Of a DNA stretch of 64,000 nucleotides, positions 28,235-41,940 are shown piece by piece. A program made the position numbers and the translations under genes. The notes below the pieces were generated by a model. The model made no database searches, was not told the DNA's origin, and worked only from the letters and a program-made list of their open reading frames with translations. The stretch is from Octopus sinensis (lineage: Eukaryota), in NCBI RefSeq assembly GCF_006345805.1, contig NW_021832842.1, positions 39,128 to 103,127 on the forward strand. The letters are read 5' to 3'. Position 1 is the stretch's first letter; the number at the start of each line of letters is the position of its first letter.

Positions 28235-29000
28235 CTAGCCTAAGTACCCGGCGTTGCTCGAAAGTTTAAAGAATGTTAAAGGAAATAGATATATTTATTC
28301 TGATAAAAATGATATTTTCAGAAAAATTCTATCAAATGGCATGAGTATAAACAAAGTTATTAAAACAAATCCTGAAATCAATCAGTAGAAAAACATTAAT
28401 TTTGTAGAACCTCTAAATATACAATGTTTGCAGTCTGTCCTTTAATTGGTGTACAAAGAAAAAGAGTTTTGGGACTTCCAGTTGCTCATGAGAGAAGCAA
28501 GGAGAAGCAAGGTTAAGTTCAACAACCTTGAGAGATTGCGCTTGAGATTTGTTTATGGACATAGCCAAACTTAGTTTCATTGGGAACTGGAGCCGTTTAA
28601 ATTCATAGGAGATGTCAGATAGGATTAATGGGATCCGTGGAATGAAAACATCGTCACACTTATATTTCCCAAGAGAAATGAATTTTGGCGGTAAGGACTA
28701 AACCTCTTGTTTTATTATCACAATTAAAAAGTGTTCATCGTTACTATTAAAAAAAGGGGCGGTGGTCATAGATATATGATGGAGAATTGTTCAATATCGT
28801 GTTTGCTTCTATCAGAATCGTTTAGCTTTAAATTTAAAAAAAAAACATAACCCATGTATACAATACGTATGTAAAACATATTTCTGTTTTTTGAAAAAAA
28901 TAGTTTAAAAATTTAGTGACCCCACCCTAGAACCTTCTCCGAGTAATGAAAACACCCCAAAGCCAAATTTGGTACGGATGGATTCAGCTGTTTGGCAAGA
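28235..29000 (-). mobile_element. Non-autonomous Helitron fragment (5' boundary uncertain)
   Basis: Minus-strand 3' end 'cgagcaacgccgggtacttaggCTAG|T'. Helicase remnant VFIPRIPLI...FKRLQFPMKLSLAMSINKSQAQSL at ~28520..28660. Confidence 0.75.
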
Positions 29001-29469
29001 GAGAAATTGTAGATTCGACTTCGAATCTGAGGTTGGATTAATATCCAAAAAGAAAGTCACATCGGATTTATATATGAAGTATCGAGTGTACTCTAGCTAA
29101 TTTTATTAGGTCCATTCCATGAAAAAGTATTTGAATAACTCATGTCTTCACTTATGTCACGGGAATATTGAGCTTTAAAATTTATAAAGTTTATCGTATA
29201 AATTGTAAGATATCCTACAGTGTATAAGCGTGTCTGTACGAAAACATTTCGTTATTTAGAAACCATACGGGCACAGAAGAAACTTGCCCCAACACACGCC
29301 AACTTATGGCATATCTAGAAATCAAAATGGATGAACACGCCAAAACAAAGTAAATATCAACTTTCAAATTTATCTAGTAAACACTGCAAACAATATTTAG
29401 ATGACTGACTTATTCTGTGCACATACAACCTAGAAGAACTCAATTATTTCAAGTTCCTATCCAATTGCA

Positions 29470-30220
29470 TCAATAACAGTAGTCAGCTCACCATGGAGAC
29501 ACAACCTGCTTCTTAAGGTTATCTTCAATGCTATAAAGGACCAAATTGGTCTCAACAATAGTGAAAAAAAAAACGTTGAAAGTACCAACTAGAGATTTCA
29601 TTACCCTCGTGCGCTCAGGACAGCGGATCCGCTTCAAGAAGAGCAACAAACTTCCTGTGAGCGATGAAAAGTAGAACGGTTATTGGGAGATGATTTACCA
29701 GGATGCCAGGGACTCTTTCCTATGCCAGTTATGAAAAAAAAACCGGACATTTTAATGTGGCGTGAAGGAAAGTAAGTTATGAATCTAGTCGAGTTAACGG
29801 TTCCTCATGAAGATAACATGGACGTCACTAGGGCTCAAAAGATTGACCATTATGCAAATCTTCTTGAATGTGAAGACGCAGGCTCGAAAGCGGAGCATTT
29901 TCCAATCGAAGTCGAATGTAAAGTGTTTATTGGACACAGTGTGAGACCACCGTTCTTATCATTAGGCATAACCCATCGTAAAGTAAATACCACCATGACC
30001 GATATCTAAACTACAATGGAAAAGGTTAGCCACTGGATTTGGTTAAAAAGAGACTATGGGTGATGGCTAGAAGAATATTGAGCTTTATTTAAAAACCAGT
30101 TGATCTAGTAAGCGGGGCCTCATATCAGTGAAGGGTGCCGGTGCGCGTTGATGCCATCGAGAGGTAGGCCCCGAAACAGCGCGCATTCTCTCTTGATGAT
30201 CCCATACACTTGCTGGCTTC
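29470..30220 (+). mobile_element. RLE-endonuclease non-LTR retrotransposon 3' remnant (R2/Hero/NeSL-like); mirror ~47945..48690
   Basis: WRHN, KPDILMW, VELTVPHEDN and FPIEV motifs. Confidence 0.7.
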
Positions 30221-30284
30221 CGGTATGTAGAGTTCTCGACGGGTAGCACTTGCATGTGCAAGTTGTTTGCGAAACATCAGTCAG

Positions 30285-31145
30285 CTCACAATGGAATTTA
30301 ACCGTAACTAACTACCCTTCTTAGACATTTTGATTATTAAGAATGATACGAACAAAGAAACCGACATCTGTTACAAACCTTCGGGCTCTAAAGAGTACAT
30401 ACTAATTTCTTCATACCACCCAAAACATAAAACACAATATTCCATTTAACCTAACTTGAAAGATCTAATCAGTAGTTTCCAATCTAGATGTTTAGAATAA
30501 AAGACTCCTTGAAGTAAAGTAGGCTCTCTATGAAAGAACGTACTCGTCTACAAGGGAATAAGGAATAGAATAGAACGCGCCAAAGCAATAGACATTGAGG
30601 AATTAAGAAAAGCATTATCCATCAAAATATACCGTTAGTGAGCTAAGACTGAAGAATGAAAAAGGCACGTGAAGCATACAAAATAACCAAATGCAAAGTC
30701 AACCAGAGTCCCTTAAAAATTTCTTACCAATGCAGAACTACCAGCTACGGGTACAACTCTAACAGTTAAAAGGTGTGGCCGATCCAACTGTAGAACTTGT
30801 GAAAACCTTGAGGACACGACTAAGACATTTAGATCAGGAAAAAGTTTTATTGTAAAAAAACCACTTGACATGTTTTTCAAAGAATTTAAATTCGATGCAA
30901 GACTACATTGGACAAACTAAACTCACATTAAGAACGAGACTAAATATTCACCGTCAACAAGTATATTACCCACCAAAACAAAACAAATTCCACTTAATGA
31001 ACTCCTGGACACACATGCAAAAACCATGTCTCCTAAAATTTTTGTCTTCCCGCATTAATGTGTAGAGAATACTCCAGACCAAATAAGAATTAATAAGGAA
31101 CGTGCTTTCTTTCAAGAATACAAGCCACTGTTGAACGGATTATAA
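30285..31145 (+). mobile_element. Degenerate Penelope fragment (RT C-terminus to GIY-YIG); mirror ~47020..47880
   Basis: LPFLDILIIKN..ETDICYKP, CGRSNCRTC and DYIGQT; homologous to 14470..15420. Confidence 0.8.
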
Positions 31146-31559
31146 AAAATCATCAGTAATACAAAATTCTCCGTTTTTCCTATGAATTAATTATTGTAGA
31201 ATATCTACCTGGTTAGTTTTAAAGACAACAAAGTTTCATGTAGGAGGTTTCATCTATCTTATTTACTCCGCACCTTGTTATCTTACTTTCTCCAACAGCT
31301 TAATTACTGTAGAGTGTCTACTTGGGTATTTTGGGAGAACTTAACAAAGAGACACCCAATTGAAATGCAATTGTTATTCAATATTGCTACCGAACCTGGT
31401 GAAAAATTCACGTTATATCCTAATGTTGGATAATCTAACGAAGCAGGGGAAAAGAAAGTATTTACACGACGCACTACTATTACTATTAGACGAAACTCAA
31501 CGCTGTCTATCAACGGCTCACAGTAAACTGCTTTTTCTCTTTTATTAAGGCCCATGGCC

Positions 31560-32790
31560 TTTATAAAGAGGGGACACCACAAAACAATACATTGGGGTAC
31601 ATAAAAACATATAACGAATGAATTATAAATATAAATGAAATGTGAATGAAATGGCTTTCCTAACCCACAAAGCAGGTAGTTCCATTTTACTGCTTTTTAA
31701 ATAAAGTGTGTACTTAACGGTCTTGTATCTTGTTAGTTTCCTTTTGTTTAAAATTTTCACAATATCACACCAAATGTTCCACCAAATAATAAAAATAGTA
31801 CCACTGATAGCAATTGATCGTAACAAAATCGAATTCCTGTCATCACTATCCTTTCGCCAAATATTTCCTGCAACCTTCCTGCTCTATCATCCTCCAACAA
31901 CACCGCTTTCTCATCTCAATTTTCCTTTCTGTCAGCCATTTTAACCTTTATTGTATGTTTCATTTTTGAAATTTTTTGTATCTCTACACTCTTTTTGTAA
32001 TGAATCAAAGTTCTTTCATATTTCCCCTTCGAGGGCTCTCTCTACTGTACCTCACCACTCTCTACCTCTGTTGCTGGTATTCCCGTCTCTGATTTGTCCT
32101 TCCTCATCAGTTTCTGGAGGCACTCTACCTATTCTTACTCTGGCCGCACGTTTGCCACAGTAAGTAGGTAGCAGTGCCCACTCGGCTGATCTCAAAGGCA
32201 CAATGGAGTGTTTTCTCGCTTCTTCTTCGCTTACGAAGCGTACCTCCACTGTGCCGTAAATTTTCTCCTCGTGTAATTGTCGTAATATACTTTATCTCTC
32301 GTAAACATTTCTCTACCGCTTCCTCCTCAGCTACTTCAACTTTTTTTGTTGTCACATTCAACGTTCTATAAGTAATTGTCCTCTTTTCAGTTTTTTCAAG
32401 TATTTCTTTAGGGAGCGTCAATCTCAGACAGTCCCCTTCCTTCTTCAGCAAACCGCTATATTTTTTTATAATTCTTCTCCTTTAATTCGATTTCATGGAC
32501 CTGCAGTACCTCTACTGACAGGCCTTTGTGGGCCACGACAGCGTAACTCCCCGCTGGTGTACTTTCTATGACGGTATTATCCATATTATCCATAACCCAT
32601 AAATGGAGAAGAAAAAGTAAAAGCCAGTTAACGACAACAATTCCAACAATTCCAGTTAATAACAGTTAAACAATTCAGTAAATTAAAAATGCAATACAAC
32701 AGAATTCACATGGAGTGAACACACTTTCAACCCAAATCCAGCGACAACTCCTCACAGTGAACTGCTTACCGGCCCGAACTGCCAATCGCT
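31560..32790 (-). mobile_element. L1/Tx1-like 5' UTR-ORF1 element, internally deleted copy
   Basis: Mirror of 44760..46550 but lacks roughly 45465..46000. Confidence 0.7.
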
Positions 32791-33574
32791 GAGTTAGTCC
32801 AATGAGTTAGTCCATCTTTGGGGGTGGTTGGTATCCTTCCACAACATACACAGATCTTATTATGCTATTATGCCTGGATTCCTGAAAATAGTGCGGAAAC
32901 ATATCTAAGAACTGGCTCCTAGTAAGCCTCAACTTAATCGCTATGATTAAGCAATACAAAACTGGACACCTTTAGGCTGTGAAGAATTACACGACTGTTT
33001 GAAATCTCAACCTTATATATGGCCTCGTTACAGAAAAGACCTATCTAAACTATGTCCTTTTAGTCTTAACTCTTATGTGGCTATGTTTCATTTGAAACAC
33101 ACTGTCTTGTTTGAACTAATTTTGAAAATAATGAAGAATTTGCTAAAATAACATTTTCATTGAAGCGAACTTTTCGCGTGACTTCTACGCGAACATAATA
33201 TATGAACGTTGACCAATCAAATTTTACCTTAACTGATAGCGTTCCGAGTCACAATTCTACATTTAAAACAAGTTATTTTTATAGCAATGGTCAGAGTAGA
33301 CATAATTCGAGACACCTTAAATTCTAGACATTTGAAGATCTATTGTGAATACGGTTAAGAGTATACCTATATTTCAAAAATATATTAAAATTCCAATTAA
33401 TTCTAATTCATTCTGTGTGCATTTGTAACATCATTTCATCTTCTATTCCTCCACTTGTTTGATTAATAGTCATTACACACACACACAAACACACACACAT
33501 ACACACACATATATATATGCATATATGTTCTTATATATATATATATATATATATCATAAAAGAAGGAAAATGCA

Positions 33575-34020
33575 CACAGTTAACATAGTTTCTTCGCAGT
33601 GGTAGATAGGGAAAACTATGACACTTGGTTGGAGATTCCCTGTACATCTATCTATGTGTTCACTCAAAAGTATCTGTCTATACCTTGGGAAACGGATCTT
33701 TCCTTATGTAGTGTGGATATCCGTCTAAGTGACATACTGGCCTGTCCTATATAGTTGCATCTATAACCTGAACAAGTTATAACATAAATTATGTTCTCGG
33801 ATGCACAAGTGAATTTGGTCTTAAATGTGAACCTCTCTCCCTGTTTGAATTGGAATTTCAATCCTTCCGGTAGGTTGGGCTATGTTCCACAGTTCCCTAT
33901 CTACCACTGCAAAGAAACAGTTTCTCTACAAGAACGTTTAAATAAAGAAAATTTATTTATCGAAAAACATAGAACATGCCTAAATAAAAACTTTTCGGCT
34001 AGGGATACCAAAGTGTGACC
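33575..34020. mobile_element. Penelope GIY-YIG 3' fragments in opposing orientations; longer version at ~43190..43960
   Basis: FTCASENIIYVITCSGYRCNYIGQ on the minus strand joined to FPIYHCKETVSLQERLNKENLFIEKH on the plus strand. Confidence 0.7.
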
Positions 34021-34074
34021 AACTGAGACTATGGATATCACCCAAGCATCTCGTTATTGGTCTTATGGCGGCTA

Positions 34075-34520
34075 TCTTAGCTTGAAGAATCTGTCTTACG
34101 ATTCTTTCCTGCGACATTCTAATCACAAGTACATAAAACTGCGGTTGTGGTCTCTGAGAGCAGAGAAGTAGAGATAGAACCTGATCTCCGCGCCATGCAC
34201 GTTATCAAGTAATATTATTACAGAGACCTTTCGGAAGAATCACATTTAAGCCTCTTGTATTGGCGATCGGATTCTTTCAATCATTAAACAACATTCATTA
34301 CCATTGATGATTGTAGGCAAGGAAACCGAATTAATGATGATAGTGAATTAGGCAAAATTTCCTCGATTTCTTAAACATTATTTTTGAAGAATTATTTGAT
34401 TGGTTGTACTGTGCCATGAATAAAGCTACACACTTCTTCAACCAGTTTGCTCACCAATATTTCTCTAAATCTCTTTTCCAGACACCTAGCCTGTAGTTTA
34501 TCACCGATTTCATAACAATA
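34075..34520 (-). mobile_element. RTE-like LINE fragment (also at 42670..43110 + and 60775..61210 -)
   Basis: The 61 kb copy translates CWVMTERIRSAMQEAEMGFFRKV, typical of RTE C-terminal regions. Confidence 0.65.
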
Positions 34521-35127
34521 ATCACACTTCCACGCCTACAATTAAAAATGAAAATAAATGCACCGAGAAATCTTATTTAACTAAGCTAAATAAAAACAAG
34601 AAAAATAGTGATACAAATATGATAGGTAGAAAACGAAGTATTGAAGATGAACGTATTTTTAAAAAGCACAGATTCAACTTTGTATATACCAAATATATGG
34701 TTTGTATATGCAATATTACTATTATCACTATTATCATTTTTGAGATAGAGGGCAGTGCATGCCATTAAAGTGATACTGGGGAAAAATATACAGAACCCAG
34801 TAAACCCAAGCACATAAGCGTACACCAGGCACATCCGTCACAACCATATGTGTGCGACATGGAGATCTACCAAAACAAGTAGCACATAACCTTGCAGGTG
34901 GAGCCCAGTTAGAATTGTCTTCAGGTCGAGTAGCCCATCGCGCTCGAAAGGTCCCTAAATACGTTTATTTAATGATGTTGAATGAAGCACACATGTTTCC
35001 CGATTATGATTCGGCCCCCACTACATCTACTCGTGATCAGAGATGCACACATCATGTTCAACTAGTCAAGCAACTGAGAAGGTAATTAGTAATATTGAGC
35101 AAAATACCCAAATTTAGCAAACGCCTG

Positions 35128-35165
35128 CCTGTTGAAGAGCCTAGATGCGAAACGTAAAAGACTAT
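35128..35165 (+). ncRNA. Minimal Penelope-type hammerhead-like motif (related copies 18020..18055+, 35927..35965-, 41110..41148+, 42027..42063-)
   Basis: TTGAAGA-gc ctagat gc-GAAA-cg-TA-aaagac. The 41110 copy has stem II gca-taga-tgc and a palindromic acgt stem III. Confidence 0.5.
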
Positions 35166-35259
35166 TCCATTTTCCCGGTTGTCAAACAAATATACCTGCT
35201 TATTGTCCATACACCTGTCTTTGACTTTTGTTTTATATACATTTCAACTATATGTGTAT

Positions 35260-35358
<99 letters not shown>

Positions 35359-35454
35359 CATACATATATATATACCGGAGTAAACACATAAATGTGAAAC
35401 AAGGTGGAAAAAAGAGTACTGAAATACCAGTGGTAGTGTAAGATGCTTTATTTA

Positions 35455-35545
35455 AAGCACCAGAAAATTCAACAAAACCTACTGTCCAATGAACGGCAAC
35501 GAGAAACTCAGAGTAACAGGTTTTGTTGAATTTTCTACTGCTTTA
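35455..35545 (+). ncRNA. Degenerate hammerhead inside a long hairpin (mirror 41543..41632 -)
   Basis: agaaaattcaacaaaacct..ctgt-CCAATGA-acggcaacga-GAAA-ctcagag-TA-acaggttttgttgaattttct. Same family as 9475/51774, with a mutated core. Confidence 0.55.
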
Positions 35546-35551
35546 ATTAAT

Positions 35552-35621
<70 letters not shown>

Positions 35622-35799
35622 TATGACGGGCCTCTTTCAGTTTCCGTCTACCAAATCCACTCACAAGGCTTTGGTCGACCCGAAGCTATTATAAAAGACA
35701 CTTGCCCAAAGTGCCATGCAGTGGGAGAGAACCACGCAGTAGATTGAACCATGCAGTGGGACTGAACCCGCCATTCCAGCGCCTATATATGTATATATA

Positions 35800-35845
<46 letters not shown>

Positions 35846-37262
35846 GAAATGTATAGAAAACAAAAGTCAAAGACACGTGTATGGACAATAAGCAGGTATA
35901 TTTTTGTTGACACCCGAAAAATGGAAAAGTCTTTTACGTTTCGCATCTATGCTCTTCAACAGACAGGAATAAGTGTAAATAAACACAGAGAATATATATA
36001 TATATATATTTGCCCGGATCCCATGTATTTCATAATTAGAAAAGCTAGCTCATGTCAATGTGCTAGAGCTGCAGTTCATGAAGTAGGTTACTTAGGTTTA
36101 GTTTCATGTAATTATTTAATTGTGAGATAAATTGTCATATAGGACAGGGCAACCAGTTCTGCAGAGAGCTTTCTCTGCGAAAATTTAGTATTCCCTATGC
36201 TGAATATGGGTTGGATGGAAGGCGGCGAGCTGGCAGAAACGTTAACACGCCAGGCGAAATGCTTATCGATATTTCGTTTGTCTTTACGTTATGAGTTCAA
36301 ATTCCGCTGAGGTCGACTTTTCCTTTCATCCTTTCGGGATCGAGAAATTAAGTTCCAGTACCGTACTTGGGTCGATCTAATCGACTGGCGCCCTCCCCAA
36401 AATTTCGGGGCCTTGTCCTTAGAGTAGAAAAGTATATGGATTGGATGGATATCATCACCAATTGCGGTCTTTTATTTTACGGAGACCTGTGTTCTGAGAT
36501 CAGATCCCTTCACTGCTTCTCAAGCTTCCTTGCTCTTTCTCTCCTACAGTTTCCTTACGTTAAAATTGTTTGATATGTTTTTGTCTATTATATGTGTGCA
36601 GGTATGGGTGAGGAGTTTGTATGCATTGGATTGAGTGTGTGACGCATATAAACGTAAATGGATAGCCAAGTGTTGAAGTTCTGAAAAGATGACTTTCCCA
36701 TTACATATATGAAGGAATCTAGTACAAAATTCCATTTTGGTCACTTTCTGCTTTTGATGATGATAAAAAAAATTTAAAAAACCCAAACTAACCAGTCCCG
36801 GGTAGTAGGTTCAAAGAATTGTTAGAAGCGTAGAGAAGACGTGGATGAGATGTTATGGTAAAGCCGTTATGATGCAGGTTATTTGTTATCGCTGTTTCGA
36901 CAATGACTTCTTTAACATGAAATGTTACAACATTTCTTTCATTTTAATATTTATTTCAATTCTTAAGACCTTCAAATCTGATAGGAGAAAAAGAAGTTAT
37001 TTTCAAACCCTTAAGGATCTGGTGGGGATGTTCACTCATTTGTTACCATATTTCTGTCCAAGTAAACTGATTTTTATTCAATTTTTCCGCATGCTTTGCA
37101 GTCGTCACAGTGTACCTGTATCAAAAATTCCATATCTTCTATCTTTGAATTACCATGCAATTGGAATAAGTGGCAAAACAGGTATTGTCAACGGCACACA
37201 ACTTATGACGCTTTTCGACATCCGCAAGCACTTAAATCACACTAAGGTGAGTGTTCCTTCCA

Positions 37263-37313
<51 letters not shown>

Positions 37314-37540
37314 TATTAAATTAGAGATAAAACCACTATTAAGCAAATCAAACAATGAAAAATATAAGCCAATACATAAAATTAATTAATTTATATTATT
37401 TTAAATATATATCAAAAGTATAAAAAGTTCAATAAAAGATAAAGAGTAAAACATTACGATCGTTTCATGGCTGTACAATTCATAATAATTCGAGTCATAC
37501 AGATACCCTTATTTATAATTTATGTGTGTGTGTGTGTGTG

Positions 37541-37590
<50 letters not shown>

Positions 37591-39193
37591 ATATGTGTAT
37601 ATATTAATATAATTATTGAGACAATGTCAAAATATGGTCATAGAGTTACCAATGGTTTCGTATCCACGAAAGCCACAGACTTCTGGACAACTCGTCAGAC
37701 TCTATATAAAGACAAAATTTAACTTTGTATCATGTGAACGTGAGGAAACGCTAGGATAACGAGATTTAACGGTTAACGTATAAATGCGTTAATGAGGACG
37801 GTTTACCTCCCTTGGACAAAGGAATTAAAAACCTTTTCAGACCCGTAATAGTCTAACCAGCTCTGTGAAGAAGTACCGATTCTTGACGGTTGAATGAATT
37901 TGTGGAAGAGGTAGATCCTGAGAGATATGGAACGAGGTGGTGAAGCATGATCTTCGAACGATGTGAGGCAATGACAAGTAACCGTGACATTTGACGATAT
38001 ACTGTGCTTGAGATGACCTGCTAAGCCAAGTGAGATCGTAGTCATGATGATATGCCGTGCTTGAGAAGACACGTCAGGCCAAGTGAAATCGTAGTTGTCA
38101 TGGAGAGGGGGAGGCCGGTATGCATGTGCGACTGCTGGTCTTCCATAAACAACCTCGCCCGGTCTTGTACCTTGGAGGGTAACTTTCTAGGTGCAATCTC
38201 ATGGTCTGTGTCGTGACCGAAGGAGGTCTCAGAATATATACCCTATATACACTATCATTATCATCATCATCATTTAACGTCATTTTTTCATGCTGGCATA
38301 GGTTGGACGTTTTCACGGAAAACTGGTAAGCTGCACCAGGTTCCAATCTCATTTGGTATGCTTTCTACAGCTTGTTACCACTCATAACGCCGACCACTCT
38401 GAGAGTATAGTGGGTCCTTCTTATGTGTCACCGGTACAGGTTCTGTTAAACCAGCATTGGCCATGACTACGATCTCACTTGGCGTAACAGGTCTTCTCAA
38501 GCACTGTATGTTATGAAAGGTCTCGGTCACCTGTCACTGCCTCTTTGAGGCTGAACGTTTGAAGGGTGCTCTTTACGTGCCACCATCACGGGTGCCAGTT
38601 ACGCGACACATGCACCGGCCACAACTACGATTTCACTTGGCCTGACGTGTCTTCTCAAGCACGGCATATCATCATGACTACGATCTCACTTGGCTTAGCA
38701 GGTCATCCCAAGCACAGTATATCGTCAAATGTCACGGTTACTTGTCATTGCCTCACATCGTTCGAAGATCATGCTTCACCACCTCGTTCCATATCTCTCA
38801 GGATCTACCTCTTCCACAAATTCATTCAACCGTCAAGAATCGGTACTTCTTCACAGAGCTGGTTAGACTATTACGGGTCTGAAAATGTTTTTAATTCCTT
38901 TGTCCAAGGGAGGTAAACCTTGGGAGGTAAACCAAGGGAGGTAAACATCGGGAGGTAAACCAAGGGAGGTAAACATTAACGCATTTATACGTTAACAGTT
39001 AAATCTCGTTATCCTAGCGTTTCTTCACGTTCACATGATACAAAGTTAAATTTTGTCTTTATATAGAGTCTGACGAGTTGTCTAGAAGTCTGTGGCTTTC
39101 GTGGATATGAAACCATTGGTAACTCTATGACCATAATTTGACATTGTCTCAATAATTATATTAATATATACACATATATACTCTCTCTCTCTC

Positions 39194-39252
<59 letters not shown>

Positions 39253-39471
39253 TCACACACACACACATCAATTATAAATAAGGGTATCTGTATGACTCGA
39301 ATTATTACGAATTGTACAGCCATGAAACGATCGTAATGTTTTACTCTTTATCTTTTATTGAACTTTTTATACTTTTGATATATATTTAAAATAATATAAA
39401 TTAATTAATTTTATGTATTGGCTTATATTTTTCATTGTTTGATTTGCCTAATAGTGGTTTTATCTCTAATT

Positions 39472-39518
<47 letters not shown>

Positions 39519-39524
39519 GTATAT

Positions 39525-39663
<139 letters not shown>

Positions 39664-39694
39664 AATGTATATGTATATATATATATATACATAC

Positions 39695-39728
<34 letters not shown>

Positions 39729-39757
39729 ATTATATATTTATATATATATATATATAT

Positions 39758-39820
<63 letters not shown>

Positions 39821-39836
39821 TGGAAAGAACACTCAC

Positions 39837-41226
39837 CTTAGCGTGATTTAAGTGCTTGTGGATATCTAAAAGCGTCATAAGTTGGGTGCCGTTGACAATA
39901 CCTATTTTGCCACTTATTCCAATTGCATGGTAATTAAAAGATAGAAGATATGGAATTTTTGATACAGGTACACTTTGAAGACAGCAAAGCATGCGGAGAA
40001 ATTGAATAAAAATCACTTGACTTGGACAGAAATATGGGAACAAATGAGTGAACATCCCCACCAGGTCCTTAAGGGTTTGAAAATAACTTCTTTTTCTCCT
40101 ATCAGATTTGAAGGTCTTAAGAATTGAAATAAATATTGAAATGAAAGAAATGTTGTAACATTTCACGTTAAAGAATCAGTGTCGAAACAGCGATAACAAA
40201 TAACCTGCATCATACGGCTTTACCATAACATCTCATCCACGTCTTCTCTACGCTTCTAACAATTCTTTGAACCTACTACCGGGACTGGTTAGTTGGGGTC
40301 TTTTTTTTTTTTATCATCATCAAAAGCAGAAAGTGACCAAAACGGAATTTTGTACTACATTCCTTCATATATGTAATGGGAAAGTCATCTTTTCAGAACT
40401 TCAAACTTGGCTATCCATTTACGTTTATATGCGTCACACACTCAATCCAATGCATACAAACTCCTCACCCATACCTGCACACATATAATAGACAAAAACA
40501 TATCAAACGATTTTAACGTAAGGAACTGTAGGAGAGAAAGAGCAAGGAAGCTTGAGAAGCAGTGAAGGGATCTGATCTCAGAACACAGGTCACCGTAAAA
40601 TAAAAGACCGCATTTGGTGATGATACCCATCCAACCCACATTCTTTTCTACTCTAAGCACAAGACCCCGAAATTTTGGGGAGGGCGCCAGTCGATTAGAT
40701 CGACCCCAGTACGCAACTGGAACTTAATTTCTCGACACCGAAAGGATGAAAGGAAAAGTCGACCTCGGTGGAATTTGAACTCACAACGTAAAGACAGACG
40801 AAATATCGATAAGCATTTCGCCTGGCGTGTTAACGTTTCTGCCAGCTCGCCGCCTTCCTTCCAACCCATATTCAGCATAGGGAATACTAAATTTTCGTAG
40901 AGAATGTTCTCTGCAGAACTGGTTGCCCTGTCCTATATGACAATTTATCTCACAATTAAATAATTACATGAAACTAAATCTAAGTAACCTATTTCATGAA
41001 CTCCAGCTCTAGCACATTGACATGAGCTAGCTTTTCTAATTATGAAATACATGGGATCCGGGCAAATATATATATATATATATTCTCTGTGTTTATTTAC
41101 ACTTATTCCTGTCTGTTGAAGAGCATAGATGCGAAACGTAATAGACTTTTCCATTTTGGTGTGTCAACAAAAATATACCTGCTTATTGTCCATACACGTG
41201 TCTTTGACTTTTGTTTTATACATTTC

Positions 41227-41276
<50 letters not shown>

Positions 41277-41489
41277 TATATAGGCGCCGGAATGGCGGAT
41301 TCAGTCCCACTGCATGGTTCAATCCTACTACGTGGTTCTCTTCCACTGCATGGCACTTTGGGCAAGTGTCTTCTATAATAGCCTCGGGTCGACCAAAGCC
41401 TAGTGAGTTGATTTGGTAGACGGAAACTGAAAGAGGCCCGCCATATATATGTATATATAATATATATTATATATATATATATAATATAT

Positions 41490-41536
<47 letters not shown>

Positions 41537-41719
41537 TAATTAAAGCAGTAGAAAATTCAACAAAACCTGTTACTCTGAGTTTTCGTTGCCGTTCATTGGA
41601 CAGTAGGTTTTGTTGAATTTTCTGCTGCTTTAAATAAAGCATCCTACACTACCACTGGTATTTCAGTACTCTCTTTTCCACCTTGTTTCATTTATGTGTT
41701 TACTCCGGTTATATATATG

Positions 41720-41767
<48 letters not shown>

Positions 41768-41772
41768 TATAT

Positions 41773-41811
<39 letters not shown>

Positions 41812-41814
41812 TAT

Positions 41815-41857
<43 letters not shown>

Positions 41858-41887
41858 ATAATACATATATATATATATATAATATAT

Positions 41888-41940
<53 letters not shown>

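Larger units (their letters stand above)
34580..37246 (+). pseudogene. Partial METTL24-like paralog: only exon 0 (34580..34699) and exon 4 (37111..37246) homologs found
   Basis: TKLNKNKKNSDTNMIGRKRSIEDE...TKYM|gt aligns with 60628..60750. ag|VPVSKIPYLLSLNYHAIGISGKTGIVNGTQLMTLFDIRKHLNHTK|gt aligns with exon 9208..9337 in the same phases. Confidence 0.75.
29279..38098 (+). repeat. Inner palindrome, left arm (mirror of 38621..48883)
   Basis: Mirrored ORFs 29779+/48153-, 30865+/47102-, 33664-/43671+, 36845+/39738-, 37803-/38566+. Edge 'aaacttgccccaacacacg' matches the reverse complement at ~48865..48883. Confidence 0.96.

Noticed and set aside
38904-38974. CRISPR-like appearance of short repeats
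   Set aside because: 14-bp tandem units with 3-nt variable parts, no spacers, no cas genes, eukaryotic context.
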